DNA of 52,138 bases from a virus (Duplodnaviria; Caudoviricetes): positions 1-52,138 of IMG/VR virus record IMGVR_UViG_3300028840_005437. One strand, written 5' to 3'. Within the stretch, counting starts at the first letter, position 1. Each line of letters opens with the position of its first letter. Made by a program: the position numbers and the translations under genes. Shown here in pieces: positions 1 through 7,694 of this stretch. The notes beneath the pieces are model-generated. The model ran no database searches, was not told the origin of the DNA, and worked only from the letters and a program-made list of their open reading frames with translations.

Positions 1-263
1 CCCGTCAGATCGGCTCCCTTCAGATCGGCTCCCGTCAGATCGGCTCCCTTCAGATCGGCTCCGTTCAGATAGGCTTCCCTCAGATCGGCTCCGCTCAGAT
101 AGGCTCCCTTCAGATCGGCTCCCGTCAGATCGGCTCCCTTCAGATCGGCTCCGTTCAGATAGGCTTCCCTCAGATCGGCTCCGCTCAGATAGGCTCGCGC
201 GCCTTCTGCCCCGCCGCTTTCAATCCATAATTTATGATTTTCAATTATTGATAAATAATCCAT
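1..263 (-). CDS. Pentapeptide-repeat protein, truncated at window edge
   Basis: Manual translation from ATG at 263: [48 protein letters not shown]...; A(D/Y)LxG repeats encoded by 15-bp DNA repeats. Confidence 0.9.
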   Translation of the reverse strand, partial: MDYLSIIENHKLWIESGGAEGARAYLSGADLREAYLNGADLKGADLTGADLKGAYLSGADLREAYLNGADLKGADLTGADLKGADLT

Positions 264-269
264 TATTTT

Positions 270-1589
270 TTACGCTCTCTCGAATCTCGTATATTTTTTA
301 TTGAAAATAAGAGGAACATCCCCTATGGGACCATTGCGGTTTTTATCCATGATAAACACCGCGTTATCATCGTCTTTGTTCTCCCTGTACAAAAAGCCGA
401 CCGTGTCCGCGTCGCTCTCGAACTGAGAGCACTCCTTCAAGTCCGACATGCGCGGCCTTCGGTTCTGCTTCAGCGCCTCTCTGTTTATGGGGCTGATTAT
501 CAGCGAATAAATATGGAGGTCTTTTATGAGAGCGCAAAGCCGTCCGCAAATATCGGTGAACTTCTCCCACCTTCTGCCTTTTCCTTCGGGGAGTTTTATT
601 TTCTGGACGTAATCCAAAATCAAAAGATCAAGCCCTTCTCCGTCTTCTGATTTCGCTTCGGACGCCGCCAAAGATTCTATCTCGCTCATGGTCATCGTGG
701 CCTGATCGCATATTCTGAAATTATCATAGGTGGCGAGCAGGTTGGCTCCGTCGCCGAGCCTATCCCAATCATCAGGATCAAGGCGTCCCGGTACGCGGAT
801 TCTGGTGGAGCTAACTCCCGTGTTTATCGGGAAAAGACGGTCTCTGACTATTGACCTGGCCGTTGTCTCGAGAGAGATCATCAGGATATTCAGGTCAGGG
901 GAGGCGCTGTTGGCGATGTTGGAGACAAGCGCCGTTTTCCCGGAGGACGGCGACCCCGCGATAATATTTGTTTTGCCCCTGAAAAGTCCGCCTCCGAACA
1001 CTTCGTCGAGCGAATCGATGCCCGTCGATAAAGCCGGACTAACTCCAGTCTCCAGGATTTTTTCAGTCTCATGAAAGACGACCGGAATGACCTCTGAAAC
1101 GCTCCAGATTCTGTTTTTTCTGACTCCTAGTCTGGACTGAACGCTCTGGAGTTTTTCTATTCCGTCGCTAACCGCGTCCGTCAGACCGACGTCGGAGTTT
1201 AAAAGTTCCGTTTTGAGCCGGTCCAGTTCCGCCAGCGTTTTCCTGGCCAGATAATGCTCTCTGAGAATTTTGGCGTAGTAGGCGGGGTTGCAGCTTCCGG
1301 GAGCCTGATTCTGAAGCTCGGCAAGATACGAATATCCGCCGGAGTCGTTCAGTTTCTTTTGGGATTTGAGCGCGTTTCCAAGCCCTATTTCGTCCCAGTC
1401 TCCATTTTCTCCGTCCCAATCCAGCATGGCGGCGTAGATGTTTCTGTGCGCCAAAGCCGTGAAGCATTCAAGGCTCTCGATAACGGACTTGACTATGGAG
1501 AAAGCGGAAGTGTTGGCTATGAGATAGCCGAGCAGCCCCTTTTCGCAGTCAAGGTCCTGGAAGTCGGCTTGCGTCATGCGACTAGCCAT
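270..1589 (-). CDS. dnaB: Replicative DnaB-like helicase
   Basis: Walker A AGSPSSGKT, LLILDYVQ, RPRMSDLKECSQFESDAD, KNRNGPIG; DnaB N-terminal domain. Confidence 0.95.
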   Translation of the reverse strand: MASRMTQADFQDLDCEKGLLGYLIANTSAFSIVKSVIESLECFTALAHRNIYAAMLDWDGENGDWDEIGLGNALKSQKKLNDSGGYSYLAELQNQAPGSCNPAYYAKILREHYLARKTLAELDRLKTELLNSDVGLTDAVSDGIEKLQSVQSRLGVRKNRIWSVSEVIPVVFHETEKILETGVSPALSTGIDSLDEVFGGGLFRGKTNIIAGSPSSGKTALVSNIANSASPDLNILMISLETTARSIVRDRLFPINTGVSSTRIRVPGRLDPDDWDRLGDGANLLATYDNFRICDQATMTMSEIESLAASEAKSEDGEGLDLLILDYVQKIKLPEGKGRRWEKFTDICGRLCALIKDLHIYSLIISPINREALKQNRRPRMSDLKECSQFESDADTVGFLYRENKDDDNAVFIMDKNRNGPIGDVPLIFNKKYTRFERA

Positions 1590-1762
1590 AGAAAAAATTT
1601 AGTGACTAATATTCCCGCGGCGAACGGCCAGCATAAAAGAGCCGCAACCATTCCTAGCCAATTATTATCGATAGCTCCGTTTTCCTCCATCAATATGATG
1701 ACTGCCGGAATGACAAGCAAAATGACGGGGATATACCACCAGAATAAGGGAATAGTTATCAT
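1574..1762 (-). CDS. Small two-TM membrane protein
   Basis: MITIPLFWWYIPVILLV...; two hydrophobic segments; tightly packed with neighbours. Confidence 0.55.
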   Translation of the reverse strand: MITIPLFWWYIPVILLVIPAVIILMEENGAIDNNWLGMVAALLCWPFAAGILVTKFFLWLVA

Positions 1763-1959
1763 ATCATCCCCTTTTCCAACGCCAGCCATTCGGGGATTCC
1801 GAATTCCAGCCATTCAATGTCGCCGTCAAAACTGGTTTCCTCGTCATGAATCTGACTTTTCGGAATCCAGACCTCTTGCTCTCCGTCATACAGCAGATAA
1901 GCCCTGTCCGTCTCATGGCGAACTTCGCAGGTGAAATATTCAAGATTATTATTCGACAT
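1759..1959 (-). CDS. Small phage hypothetical protein
   Basis: HETDRAYLL..EVWIPKSQI..IPEWLALEKG motif common in phage proteins; overlaps flanking genes. Confidence 0.7.
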   Translation of the reverse strand: MSNNNLEYFTCEVRHETDRAYLLYDGEQEVWIPKSQIHDEETSFDGDIEWLEFGIPEWLALEKGMI

Positions 1960-2386
1960 TTTGATTATCTCTTTTTATCCTTCGTTTACGTTCAAGATTG
2001 GCGCTTGTCTGAATCTCGCCAAGATCATCTTCAGGCAGAATTGCCGCTTTGCAATGGGGACAACACACCGCATTTTGGCGTTTCCCGCGCCAAGCTTTGT
2101 CCACCATGTTCAGGCTCCTTAAAAAACGCTTTTCCTTGACTTGCTCATTATGTCGCCTTTTAGCCTCCGTTATTTCATCCCATGCGTCCTTGTAAGCAGT
2201 CAGCATATTTTTCAAAGCCCAAAATCCTGAAACTTGAATTTCACAGTCAGAGCAGGTTATGTAACCTCCGTTTTCATGCAAAAGCAGTTTGCGATGTTCG
2301 CATATTTCATCTTTTTCCCTTGATCGCTTATTGATATGCTTAAATTCATAATCATGAATTGAGATTACATTGTTATTCATCGTCAT
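1949..2386 (-). CDS. Hypothetical zinc-binding phage protein
   Basis: CEH, CSDC and CPHC motifs; operon packing. Confidence 0.65.
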   Translation of the reverse strand: MTMNNNVISIHDYEFKHINKRSREKDEICEHRKLLLHENGGYITCSDCEIQVSGFWALKNMLTAYKDAWDEITEAKRRHNEQVKEKRFLRSLNMVDKAWRGKRQNAVCCPHCKAAILPEDDLGEIQTSANLERKRRIKRDNQNVE

Positions 2387-3353
2387 CCTCGTCCTTATAT
2401 CGTCCCCATACGACGATCATGTAGGTTTCCGGTCGTCTATGCAGAAAAGGAGCGTGTCTGCTGACCTTGCTGAAAACTCTCTTGTCTCGCTCCTTAAGCC
2501 ACTTCAAAAGGTCGTCCTGGTCTTTCGTCTCCGAGACTCCTTGTCTGATGAATTCGTAAAGCTCCTTTTGGGTCATACGGTTTTCGGGCGGCTTGTTTCG
2601 GGGAGCTTTGCCTTCGCCCGACTCCATCTTTATTTCCAAAGCGTCGAATTGCTTTCTTAACTTCGACATCGATAAAATGTTCACCTTCCAGAATTCGTCC
2701 GTCTGACACCACGCGATAACCTGCTTCACTTTCTCGATAGGACGCTGATCGATTCTTAGGATCGCGTCCGCGCTTCTGGCCCATAACTGAAGATTGGGCT
2801 TCTTGAAGTCTGGTTTGTTATTCCTGATATGATTCAGAAGAAAAAGAGACAATCGAAACTCGTTAGAGTTTTCGGGGAAGGTTTTTATTCTTTTTGATTC
2901 TTCTTTATTCTTATTGGATGGTTCCCGTTGCCTGTCCGTCCGCCTTACCGTTGCCTGTCCGTCCGCCTTACCGTTCGGGTTACTGTCTGCCTTACTATTC
3001 GCCTTACCGCTATCTTCGGGGTCAAGTTGATAAGTATTATAATTACATATAGTTATAAGTGTAGTTAGATTTCCTCTTTGCTGTGCTATCATGCCTTCCG
3101 TTTCTAGCAAATTCAGGAAACGCGAAACTTTGCCGCGAGACCAACCCCAACGATTTTTTAAGGTTTCCAAAGAATCGGCATTCTGACCCCGCTTGACATC
3201 TACCCGGATGGTCTTCTTATAGAAATGACCATCTTTATAATTAGCCCTGCCGATCAAATCAACCCAAGCCTGACCTTTTGTGAAAGGCTCCGAAGTCCAA
3301 AGCGGATGACTGAGGAGCTTTCTATTTATCTGAAAGTGATTTTTGACTGTCAA
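2373..3353 (-). CDS. Phage replication initiator (lambda O / DnaD-like)
   Basis: INRKLLSHPLW, AWVDLI, wHTH LKNRWGWSRGKVSRFL, ITICNYNTYQ, FWKVNILSMSKLRKQFD; lies upstream of dnaB; internal iteron-like repeats. Confidence 0.85.
   Translation of the reverse strand: MTVKNHFQINRKLLSHPLWTSEPFTKGQAWVDLIGRANYKDGHFYKKTIRVDVKRGQNADSLETLKNRWGWSRGKVSRFLNLLETEGMIAQQRGNLTTLITICNYNTYQLDPEDSGKANSKADSNPNGKADGQATVRRTDRQREPSNKNKEESKRIKTFPENSNEFRLSLFLLNHIRNNKPDFKKPNLQLWARSADAILRIDQRPIEKVKQVIAWCQTDEFWKVNILSMSKLRKQFDALEIKMESGEGKAPRNKPPENRMTQKELYEFIRQGVSETKDQDDLLKWLKERDKRVFSKVSRHAPFLHRRPETYMIVVWGRYKDEDDDE
2881..3010. promoter_or_regulatory. Putative replication origin (iterons plus AT-rich tract) inside the initiator gene
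   Basis: Two perfect 23-bp repeats CCGTTGCCTGTCCGTCCGCCTTA (2925-2970), further GCCTTAC copies, and an adjacent strand-asymmetric AT-rich tract at 2881-2915. Confidence 0.6.
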
Positions 3354-3501
3354 TTGTACCCTTCAGCATGTCGTTAAGCAGAAGACGGTTTACGATTTCG
3401 CTTTTGCTGACCTTCAAATCTCCCGCTTGAATCTCAAGATACTCGTTCAGCTCCTTTTCCAAATAAAGAGAGACGCTTTCCCCTTTTCGTTCCTTAGCCA
3501 T
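3322..3501 (-). CDS. Ribbon-helix-helix (CopG/Arc-like) regulator, 59 aa
   Basis: Manual translation MAKERKGESVSLYLEKELNEYLEIQAGDLKVSKSEIVNRLL...; AGGAG RBS. Confidence 0.7.
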   Translation of the reverse strand: MAKERKGESVSLYLEKELNEYLEIQAGDLKVSKSEIVNRLLLNDMLKGTIDSQKSLSDK

Positions 3502-3578
3502 AAACTCCTTTTTGTTAAGTGTTTAATCTAATATATTTGTAATATAACAGGTATGTCAAGAAAAATATCAGGTCTTCC

Positions 3579-3746
3579 TTAAAGACATGCAAACAGCGCT
3601 CCCAATGAAGAAATTGCCGCAATTAACAGGGAAATAACAAGCAGCGCATCATCCTGGTTATTAACTGCAATACCGACTCCAAGAAGAGCCGCCAGCGCAA
3701 CTGAAAAACATATCATATATATTGTGATTCTTAAACTAAATTTCAT
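3579..3746 (-). CDS. Small two-TM membrane protein, 55 aa
   Basis: Manual translation MKFSLRITIYMICFSVALAALLGVGIAV...; RBS present. Confidence 0.5.
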   Translation of the reverse strand: MKFSLRITIYMICFSVALAALLGVGIAVNNQDDALLVISLLIAAISSLGALFACL

Positions 3747-3799
3747 CTTCCCTCTTTGTTAGCGGAAAATTTTCATTTCCAGGAAAAATATCAGCTTGA

Positions 3800-3872
3800 C
3801 TCCCCAAGCAAGACTCGAACTTGCGACTTCATGGTTAACAGCCATGCGCTCTACCAACTGAACTATTGGGGA
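3800..3872 (-). tRNA. tRNA-Asn(GTT)
   Basis: TCCCCAATAGTTCAGTTGGTAGAGCGCATGGCTGTTAACCATGAAGTCGCAAGTTCGAGTCTTGCTTGGGGAG: canonical cloverleaf; followed by TCA, so CCA is not encoded. Confidence 0.95.
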
Positions 3873-3956
3873 TCAAAAAAAAATTACCGCGCAGCTCCGT
3901 GCAAAATCAAAAGCCGATCGTCCTTCGCTCGAAAAACTTTCTCGGAGATTTCATCA

Positions 3957-4050
3957 TCTTTCAGCCTTAACCTTTAACCGATTTAAACTTTCAGCTTTAA
4001 GCCCTGAATCTTTAGCCTTAAGCTTTGAATTTTAAGCTTTGCCGGTTTAA
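3957..4050 (-). repeat. Degenerate 7-nt tandem repeats (consensus ~TTAAAGC)
   Basis: ttaaaat tcaaagc ttaaggc taaagat tcagggc ttaaagc tgaaagt ttaaatc gg ttaaagg ttaaggc tgaaaga. Confidence 0.8.
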
Positions 4051-4071
4051 GGTCCAATGGACCATAATCAG

Positions 4072-4170
4072 TGCTTGATTTAGAGTCAAGTGCGTTTTCC
4101 ATTCCGCCACGTCTCCATACGGAAACGCCGGGATTCGAACCCGGAAACTGCTTGATTAAAATTCAAGTGC
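4072..4170 (-). tRNA. Circularly permuted tRNA-like element (3' half precedes 5' half); anticodon CTA, duplicate arm with TTT
   Basis: T-arm CCGGG-TTCGAAT-CCCGG, acceptor 3' strand CGTTTCC-G, linker TAT, then GGAGACG-TG-GCGGAATGGAAAACGC-A-CTTGA-CTCTAAA-TCAAG. Confidence 0.7.
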
Positions 4171-4229
4171 AGGGATACCCTCCCTGCGGGGAGACGAGTT
4201 CATGATTTTTCGCGCGGCAATTTTCAGTC

Positions 4230-4850
4230 CTAAACTTCTATGAACGTTATAGCGTTAGCCTCCGACAAAACGGAATCCACTTCGGAGTCGAACCTGTCGT
4301 TCTTTTCCTCCAATTCCTCAATGGTTTTCCTGAGATTCAAGGGATCGACTAATTTTAATTCATTGGCTTCAATATAAGGCTTCGTCACGTTTATAACGTC
4401 TTTGTCCGTCAGCTTCACGTTGTCTTTCGCTAATGCGGCTTCAGCTATCTGCAATGCCTGCTGAGCGACAGCCTTATTATGATTTTCAAGCCACGAGCTT
4501 ACTTCGGCGTAACGCTTTTTCAACGTTTTCAGAAAGGCGTTTCTTTGTTCGGTCATATGCTTTCTGTGAATGGCGTCCGCGATCGACATCTTCTCTCCAT
4601 TGATGTCGACGATGGTTTCAGTGTTGGCTTTCGCGATAGCGGACTTAATAGCCGTCCTCCTGTCAAACAAGTCATTCGCCTTTTGAAAATCGGCACAGGC
4701 CTTTTTAATGAAGTCGTTTTCCTCATGCCGGTTGTTGACGAGTTTTTTAATCTGCTTCCAGCCTATCGGCTCGATATTCACGTTAAGCTTGGCCATCTTT
4801 TTATCTATAAGCCTCAATTCTCCCAATGCTCTATGCAATGTCATCTCCAT
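4230..4850 (-). CDS. DIP1984/septicolysin-like long helical-hairpin protein
   Basis: MTLHRALGELRLIDKK..IKSAIAKANTETIVDINGEKMSIADAI..LVDPL..EVDSVLSEANAITFIEV, recognised as this family's pattern. Confidence 0.7.
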   Translation of the reverse strand: MEMTLHRALGELRLIDKKMAKLNVNIEPIGWKQIKKLVNNRHEENDFIKKACADFQKANDLFDRRTAIKSAIAKANTETIVDINGEKMSIADAIHRKHMTEQRNAFLKTLKKRYAEVSSWLENHNKAVAQQALQIAEAALAKDNVKLTDKDVINVTKPYIEANELKLVDPLNLRKTIEELEEKNDRFDSEVDSVLSEANAITFIEV

Positions 4851-4865
4851 ATTCTCTCCTTAATT

Positions 4866-5036
4866 TTAATCTTTCAAATATTTCCCGACGGCCTTCCTTA
4901 ACTCGTCGCTGATGGCCGCGTAGCCGTTAAGCTGTAGCGCTACGGCATTGTAAGTAAGAGACGGAATATAGGTTTCATGAAACCACCTTAAGCTCCGCCC
5001 CTCTGATTTTAATTTTTCTTGAAGTTGCGCTTTCAT
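4866..5036 (-). CDS. Small Cro-like HTH protein
   Basis: MKAQLQEKLKSEGRSLRWF..YNAVALQLNGY; ATG at 5036 with AGGA RBS, just downstream of a TTGACA promoter. Confidence 0.55.
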   Translation of the reverse strand: MKAQLQEKLKSEGRSLRWFHETYIPSLTYNAVALQLNGYAAISDELRKAVGKYLKD

Positions 5037-5042
5037 GTCCTT

Positions 5043-5084
5043 ATAATAAAAACTTTTTATTAGCACTGTCAAGAAAAATATCAG
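5043..5084 (-). promoter_or_regulatory. Sigma70-like promoter preceded by a CTGATATTTTTC motif
   Basis: CTGATATTTTTC-TTGACA-18 nt-TATTAT; same arrangement at 3530-3571. Confidence 0.55.
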
Positions 5085-5090
5085 CTCTTT

Positions 5091-5234
5091 CTAGTGCGTC
5101 AAAACATATGACAAAATCAATAAGCACATAAGAAAGCTACGCTCTACAGCCGCGTCCCAATCTCTGCCGGCAAAAAAAGCGTATATAAAATTTCCCAGGC
5201 ATATTCCTAAGCAAAAATCCCAAGGTATTTCCAT
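5091..5234 (-). CDS. Small membrane protein, 47 aa
   Basis: Manual translation MEIPWDFCLGICLGNFIYAFF...; AGGAGG RBS. Confidence 0.45.
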   Translation of the reverse strand: MEIPWDFCLGICLGNFIYAFFAGRDWDAAVERSFLMCLLILSYVLTH

Positions 5235-5273
5235 CTCTCCTCCTTTTCGGCGCTTCAATTATGGTTTTATCGT

Positions 5274-5480
5274 TCATTCATCATCCTCTTCAATCATTAA
5301 AGGTGTTGGCGGCAATGCCCTTATTTCCGCTTGAGGGTTATCATCATAATCCGATAATCTTCGCAAAGATTCCTCTATGACGTATTTATTATGAGAAGTT
5401 ATAGGCATTCCTCCTCCAGTCAACATTATCCTCCCTGTTTCTCTGGAAACCAATGCGTAGCAAGGCAATAAAAATTTCAT
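5274..5480 (-). CDS. Hypothetical protein
   Basis: ORF with strong AGGAGG RBS. Confidence 0.55.
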   Translation of the reverse strand: MKFLLPCYALVSRETGRIMLTGGGMPITSHNKYVIEESLRRLSDYDDNPQAEIRALPPTPLMIEEDDE

Positions 5481-5520
5481 CCATCCTCCTTTTCGGCGCG
5501 GGTTAAGAAAATATCAGTCC

Positions 5521-5745
5521 TTATCCGAGCCAACTTTTGAATTCATTCTTGCAGGCATCATAATCATAGCCTAATTCCGCCATCTTGTTTCTTATCGCCA
5601 GCAAAATTTTATCGTCGGCAGTAGCCGTCAAATCAAAAGAAACACTCAAATCCTCATGCTCATATAAGCCGTTTTCGCCTTCACAACCAAGCGCTTCCAT
5701 GATAGCGTTCATTTTGGAATAATCTCTGTTATCATTTGGTTTCAT
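5521..5745 (-). CDS. Hypothetical protein
   Basis: ORF with AAGGAG RBS. Confidence 0.6.
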   Translation of the reverse strand: MKPNDNRDYSKMNAIMEALGCEGENGLYEHEDLSVSFDLTATADDKILLAIRNKMAELGYDYDACKNEFKSWLG

Positions 5746-5777
5746 TGTACTCCTTTTCAGGGCGGTTAAGAAAAATA

Positions 5778-5987
5778 TCAGTCCATTTGCTTCTTATACC
5801 TCTTGATCGCCTCAATGAGGTTATTACCCGGACACTGGGATATGATGGGAAATTCTTCTCCAAGCTCACCGAACATAAAATCATTAACTTTTTGAAAAGC
5901 GGCAAACCATTCATGCCCCGCTTTCACGTCTTCCGTGATCCGTTTGAATTTTTTTCTAGTGATTGATACAAGCTTTTTCTTCTTCAT
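5778..5987 (-). CDS. Hypothetical protein
   Basis: ORF in leftward small-gene run. Confidence 0.5.
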   Translation of the reverse strand: MKKKKLVSITRKKFKRITEDVKAGHEWFAAFQKVNDFMFGELGEEFPIISQCPGNNLIEAIKRYKKQMD

Positions 5988-6286
5988 TCATCGCCATTTT
6001 ATTGGTTTGACCGGGGAAATATCAGGCTTTGTCAGTACGGATAATCCCGTATGGCTCCAGTCATCCGGGGTTGGTAAGGAAACGAATTTCCCGACCAAAC
6101 TCTTACCTGTAGTTTATATGATCGACCGTCCTGAGCAATTTGTAGGCGCGAAGCGGTCTGTCATGGCATCTGATGGCATCCGACCTTTTCGTCGTGGAAG
6201 TGTCGATCGATTTGGGCTTGGGAAGCTCCCCGGAAAGTCGTCTGACGACCAGCTCGGCGGCTATATCGGCGATAGTGATGGCCATA

Positions 6287-6481
6287 TTATTTATCCGCCT
6301 CCGGATTTCTCTCCGTGGCGTCGCAGTTCGGGGCGACTCTTTTCTGGACGTTGAATCGGCAATGCTCGCCTATCTTCAATTCCTCTGTCTCTTCCTTTTC
6401 CAGAGAGCCTTCGACGTAGAAAGGACAATACATGTCGCAGACACCCGCGACCGGCCATATCATAGTGTAAATAGGTTCCAT
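6287..6481 (-). CDS. Small Cys-rich hypothetical protein
   Basis: CDMYCPF..C..C; RBS. Confidence 0.5.
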   Translation of the reverse strand: MEPIYTMIWPVAGVCDMYCPFYVEGSLEKEETEELKIGEHCRFNVQKRVAPNCDATERNPEADK

Positions 6482-6502
6482 GAATATCCTTGAAAACGGA
6501 GT

Positions 6503-6913
6503 TTAGTCAGGTTTGTTTTTCAGCCTTTTCTTATAATCCATAAGCCCCCCGTTAACAAGTTCTCTCGGAGGCCGCGGAAAGTCGCCGTCGACAGGTCTCC
6601 ATAGATGAAGACAGGCGGGGTGAAAATTCACATACTCGGACTTGGGAGGATGAATCTGCATAACCGCGTCCTCATCGTCCCAAAAAAGTGATTTGACCTT
6701 GCGCATGATTTTCCATGACGGAGGATTTTTCGGAATCCTGGCGCCGGGATTGGCGGCGGTCACGGAGACATGCTCCCACCCCAGAATATCGCTCGCTACG
6801 CATAATACCGACATTCCCGAATACGAGAATATAAAGGCTCCGTTGTTTCCCGCGCTCTCGCCTGTCGCCAGACTTCCGGTTTCGATTCTGTATTTTTCGG
6901 GGACTTTAAACAT
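6503..6913 (-). CDS. Conserved phage hypothetical protein
   Basis: GWEHVSV..PSW..M..VK.LFW..QIHPPKSEYVN.HP.CLHLWRP signature. Confidence 0.8.
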   Translation of the reverse strand: MFKVPEKYRIETGSLATGESAGNNGAFIFSYSGMSVLCVASDILGWEHVSVTAANPGARIPKNPPSWKIMRKVKSLFWDDEDAVMQIHPPKSEYVNFHPACLHLWRPVDGDFPRPPRELVNGGLMDYKKRLKNKPD

Positions 6914-6934
6914 TCGCTGTTCTCCTTCGCTTCG

Positions 6935-7117
6935 CTATCTGAAAAATTTATCATTGACGCCTGCTACGCATATCCAGAAAATGGCGGTCAATGTCCAGAA
7001 AATAGCTTCATCTATATTGTCCTCATGATTAAGAATCCCAACCACCTGACATATTATCGCGGTAAAGCCGCACATTAAAGTTAAAACAATCCTCATTATT
7101 AGCCTCTTTTTCGTCAT
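6935..7117 (-). CDS. Small two-TM membrane protein
   Basis: Likely start MTKKRLIMRIVL; two hydrophobic helices. Confidence 0.45.
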   Translation of the reverse strand: MTKKRLIMRIVLTLMCGFTAIICQVVGILNHEDNIDEAIFWTLTAIFWICVAGVNDKFFR

Positions 7118-7315
7118 AATTATCGAATTTTTCCGATAAGAGTTAGGATTAGAGGGGTTGTCAGTATCAACCCCTCTGGAGACAGTCCTAGTTTTTAAGG
7201 ATCGCTCGACGGCTCTACAACGATCCCGATTCACCGAAGACGCGGAAAATATGATACTAAAAAAACACGCCTTATGCCGGAGAATTGCGGACTATCGCCT
7301 GGAGATGCGTTGCGC

Positions 7316-7513
7316 TTAACAAGTATTCTCCAATTTTTCGCGCAAAATCTCTTTCAGTTCCTTCGTTATTTCGGGGCTTTGTCCGGCATCGAAACCGGCT
7401 TCGAAGGCTTGTTTCCATATCTGAAAAGAAAATGAACTTTGATGAGATTCGGAAAGTATGGCGTTATAGCTTTCCCGGACCGCTTCCTTATATTCCGAAC
7501 TGTTTTTAAGCAT
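7316..7513 (-). CDS. Hypothetical protein
   Basis: WKQAFEAGFDAG motif typical of small phage proteins; RBS. Confidence 0.55.
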   Translation of the reverse strand: MLKNSSEYKEAVRESYNAILSESHQSSFSFQIWKQAFEAGFDAGQSPEITKELKEILREKLENTC

Positions 7514-7694
7514 GGTTTCTCCTCTTGTTAATATCGTTTTGCTGACCTCGAAAAACGATCATAGATAATCCTCGAAACTCTGTTGAATATCCGGATCCTT
7601 CTGAAGCTTCTCCCCAAGCACTCGCAAAGCCTTTTCCGCAGCATAGCGAGACGCAAGTGATTTCGGGATTATCCACATTATAAATAGTCTTCAA
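7506..7694 (-). CDS. Hypothetical protein
   Basis: Overlaps neighbours in operon fashion. Confidence 0.45.
   Translation of the reverse strand: MKTIYNVDNPEITCVSLCCGKGFASAWGEASEGSGYSTEFRGLSMIVFRGQQNDINKRRNHA

Larger units (their letters stand above)
3880..4224 (-). ncRNA. Putative structured ncRNA with a heptamer-repeat tract and an embedded permuted tRNA
   Basis: 13-bp closing stem AAAATTGCCGCGC/GCGCGGTAATTTT then a U-tract; internal hairpins; ~12 TYAAAGY-like units; no credible ORF. Confidence 0.7.

Noticed and set aside
1-200. Noncoding tandem repeat or iteron array
   Set aside because: The 15-bp period translates on the minus strand as a pentapeptide-repeat protein.
4072-4170. Simple attP remnant carrying a host tRNA 3' end
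   Set aside because: Both tRNA halves are present in swapped order with a duplicated anticodon arm, and no integrase is adjacent. An att-related origin is not fully excluded.
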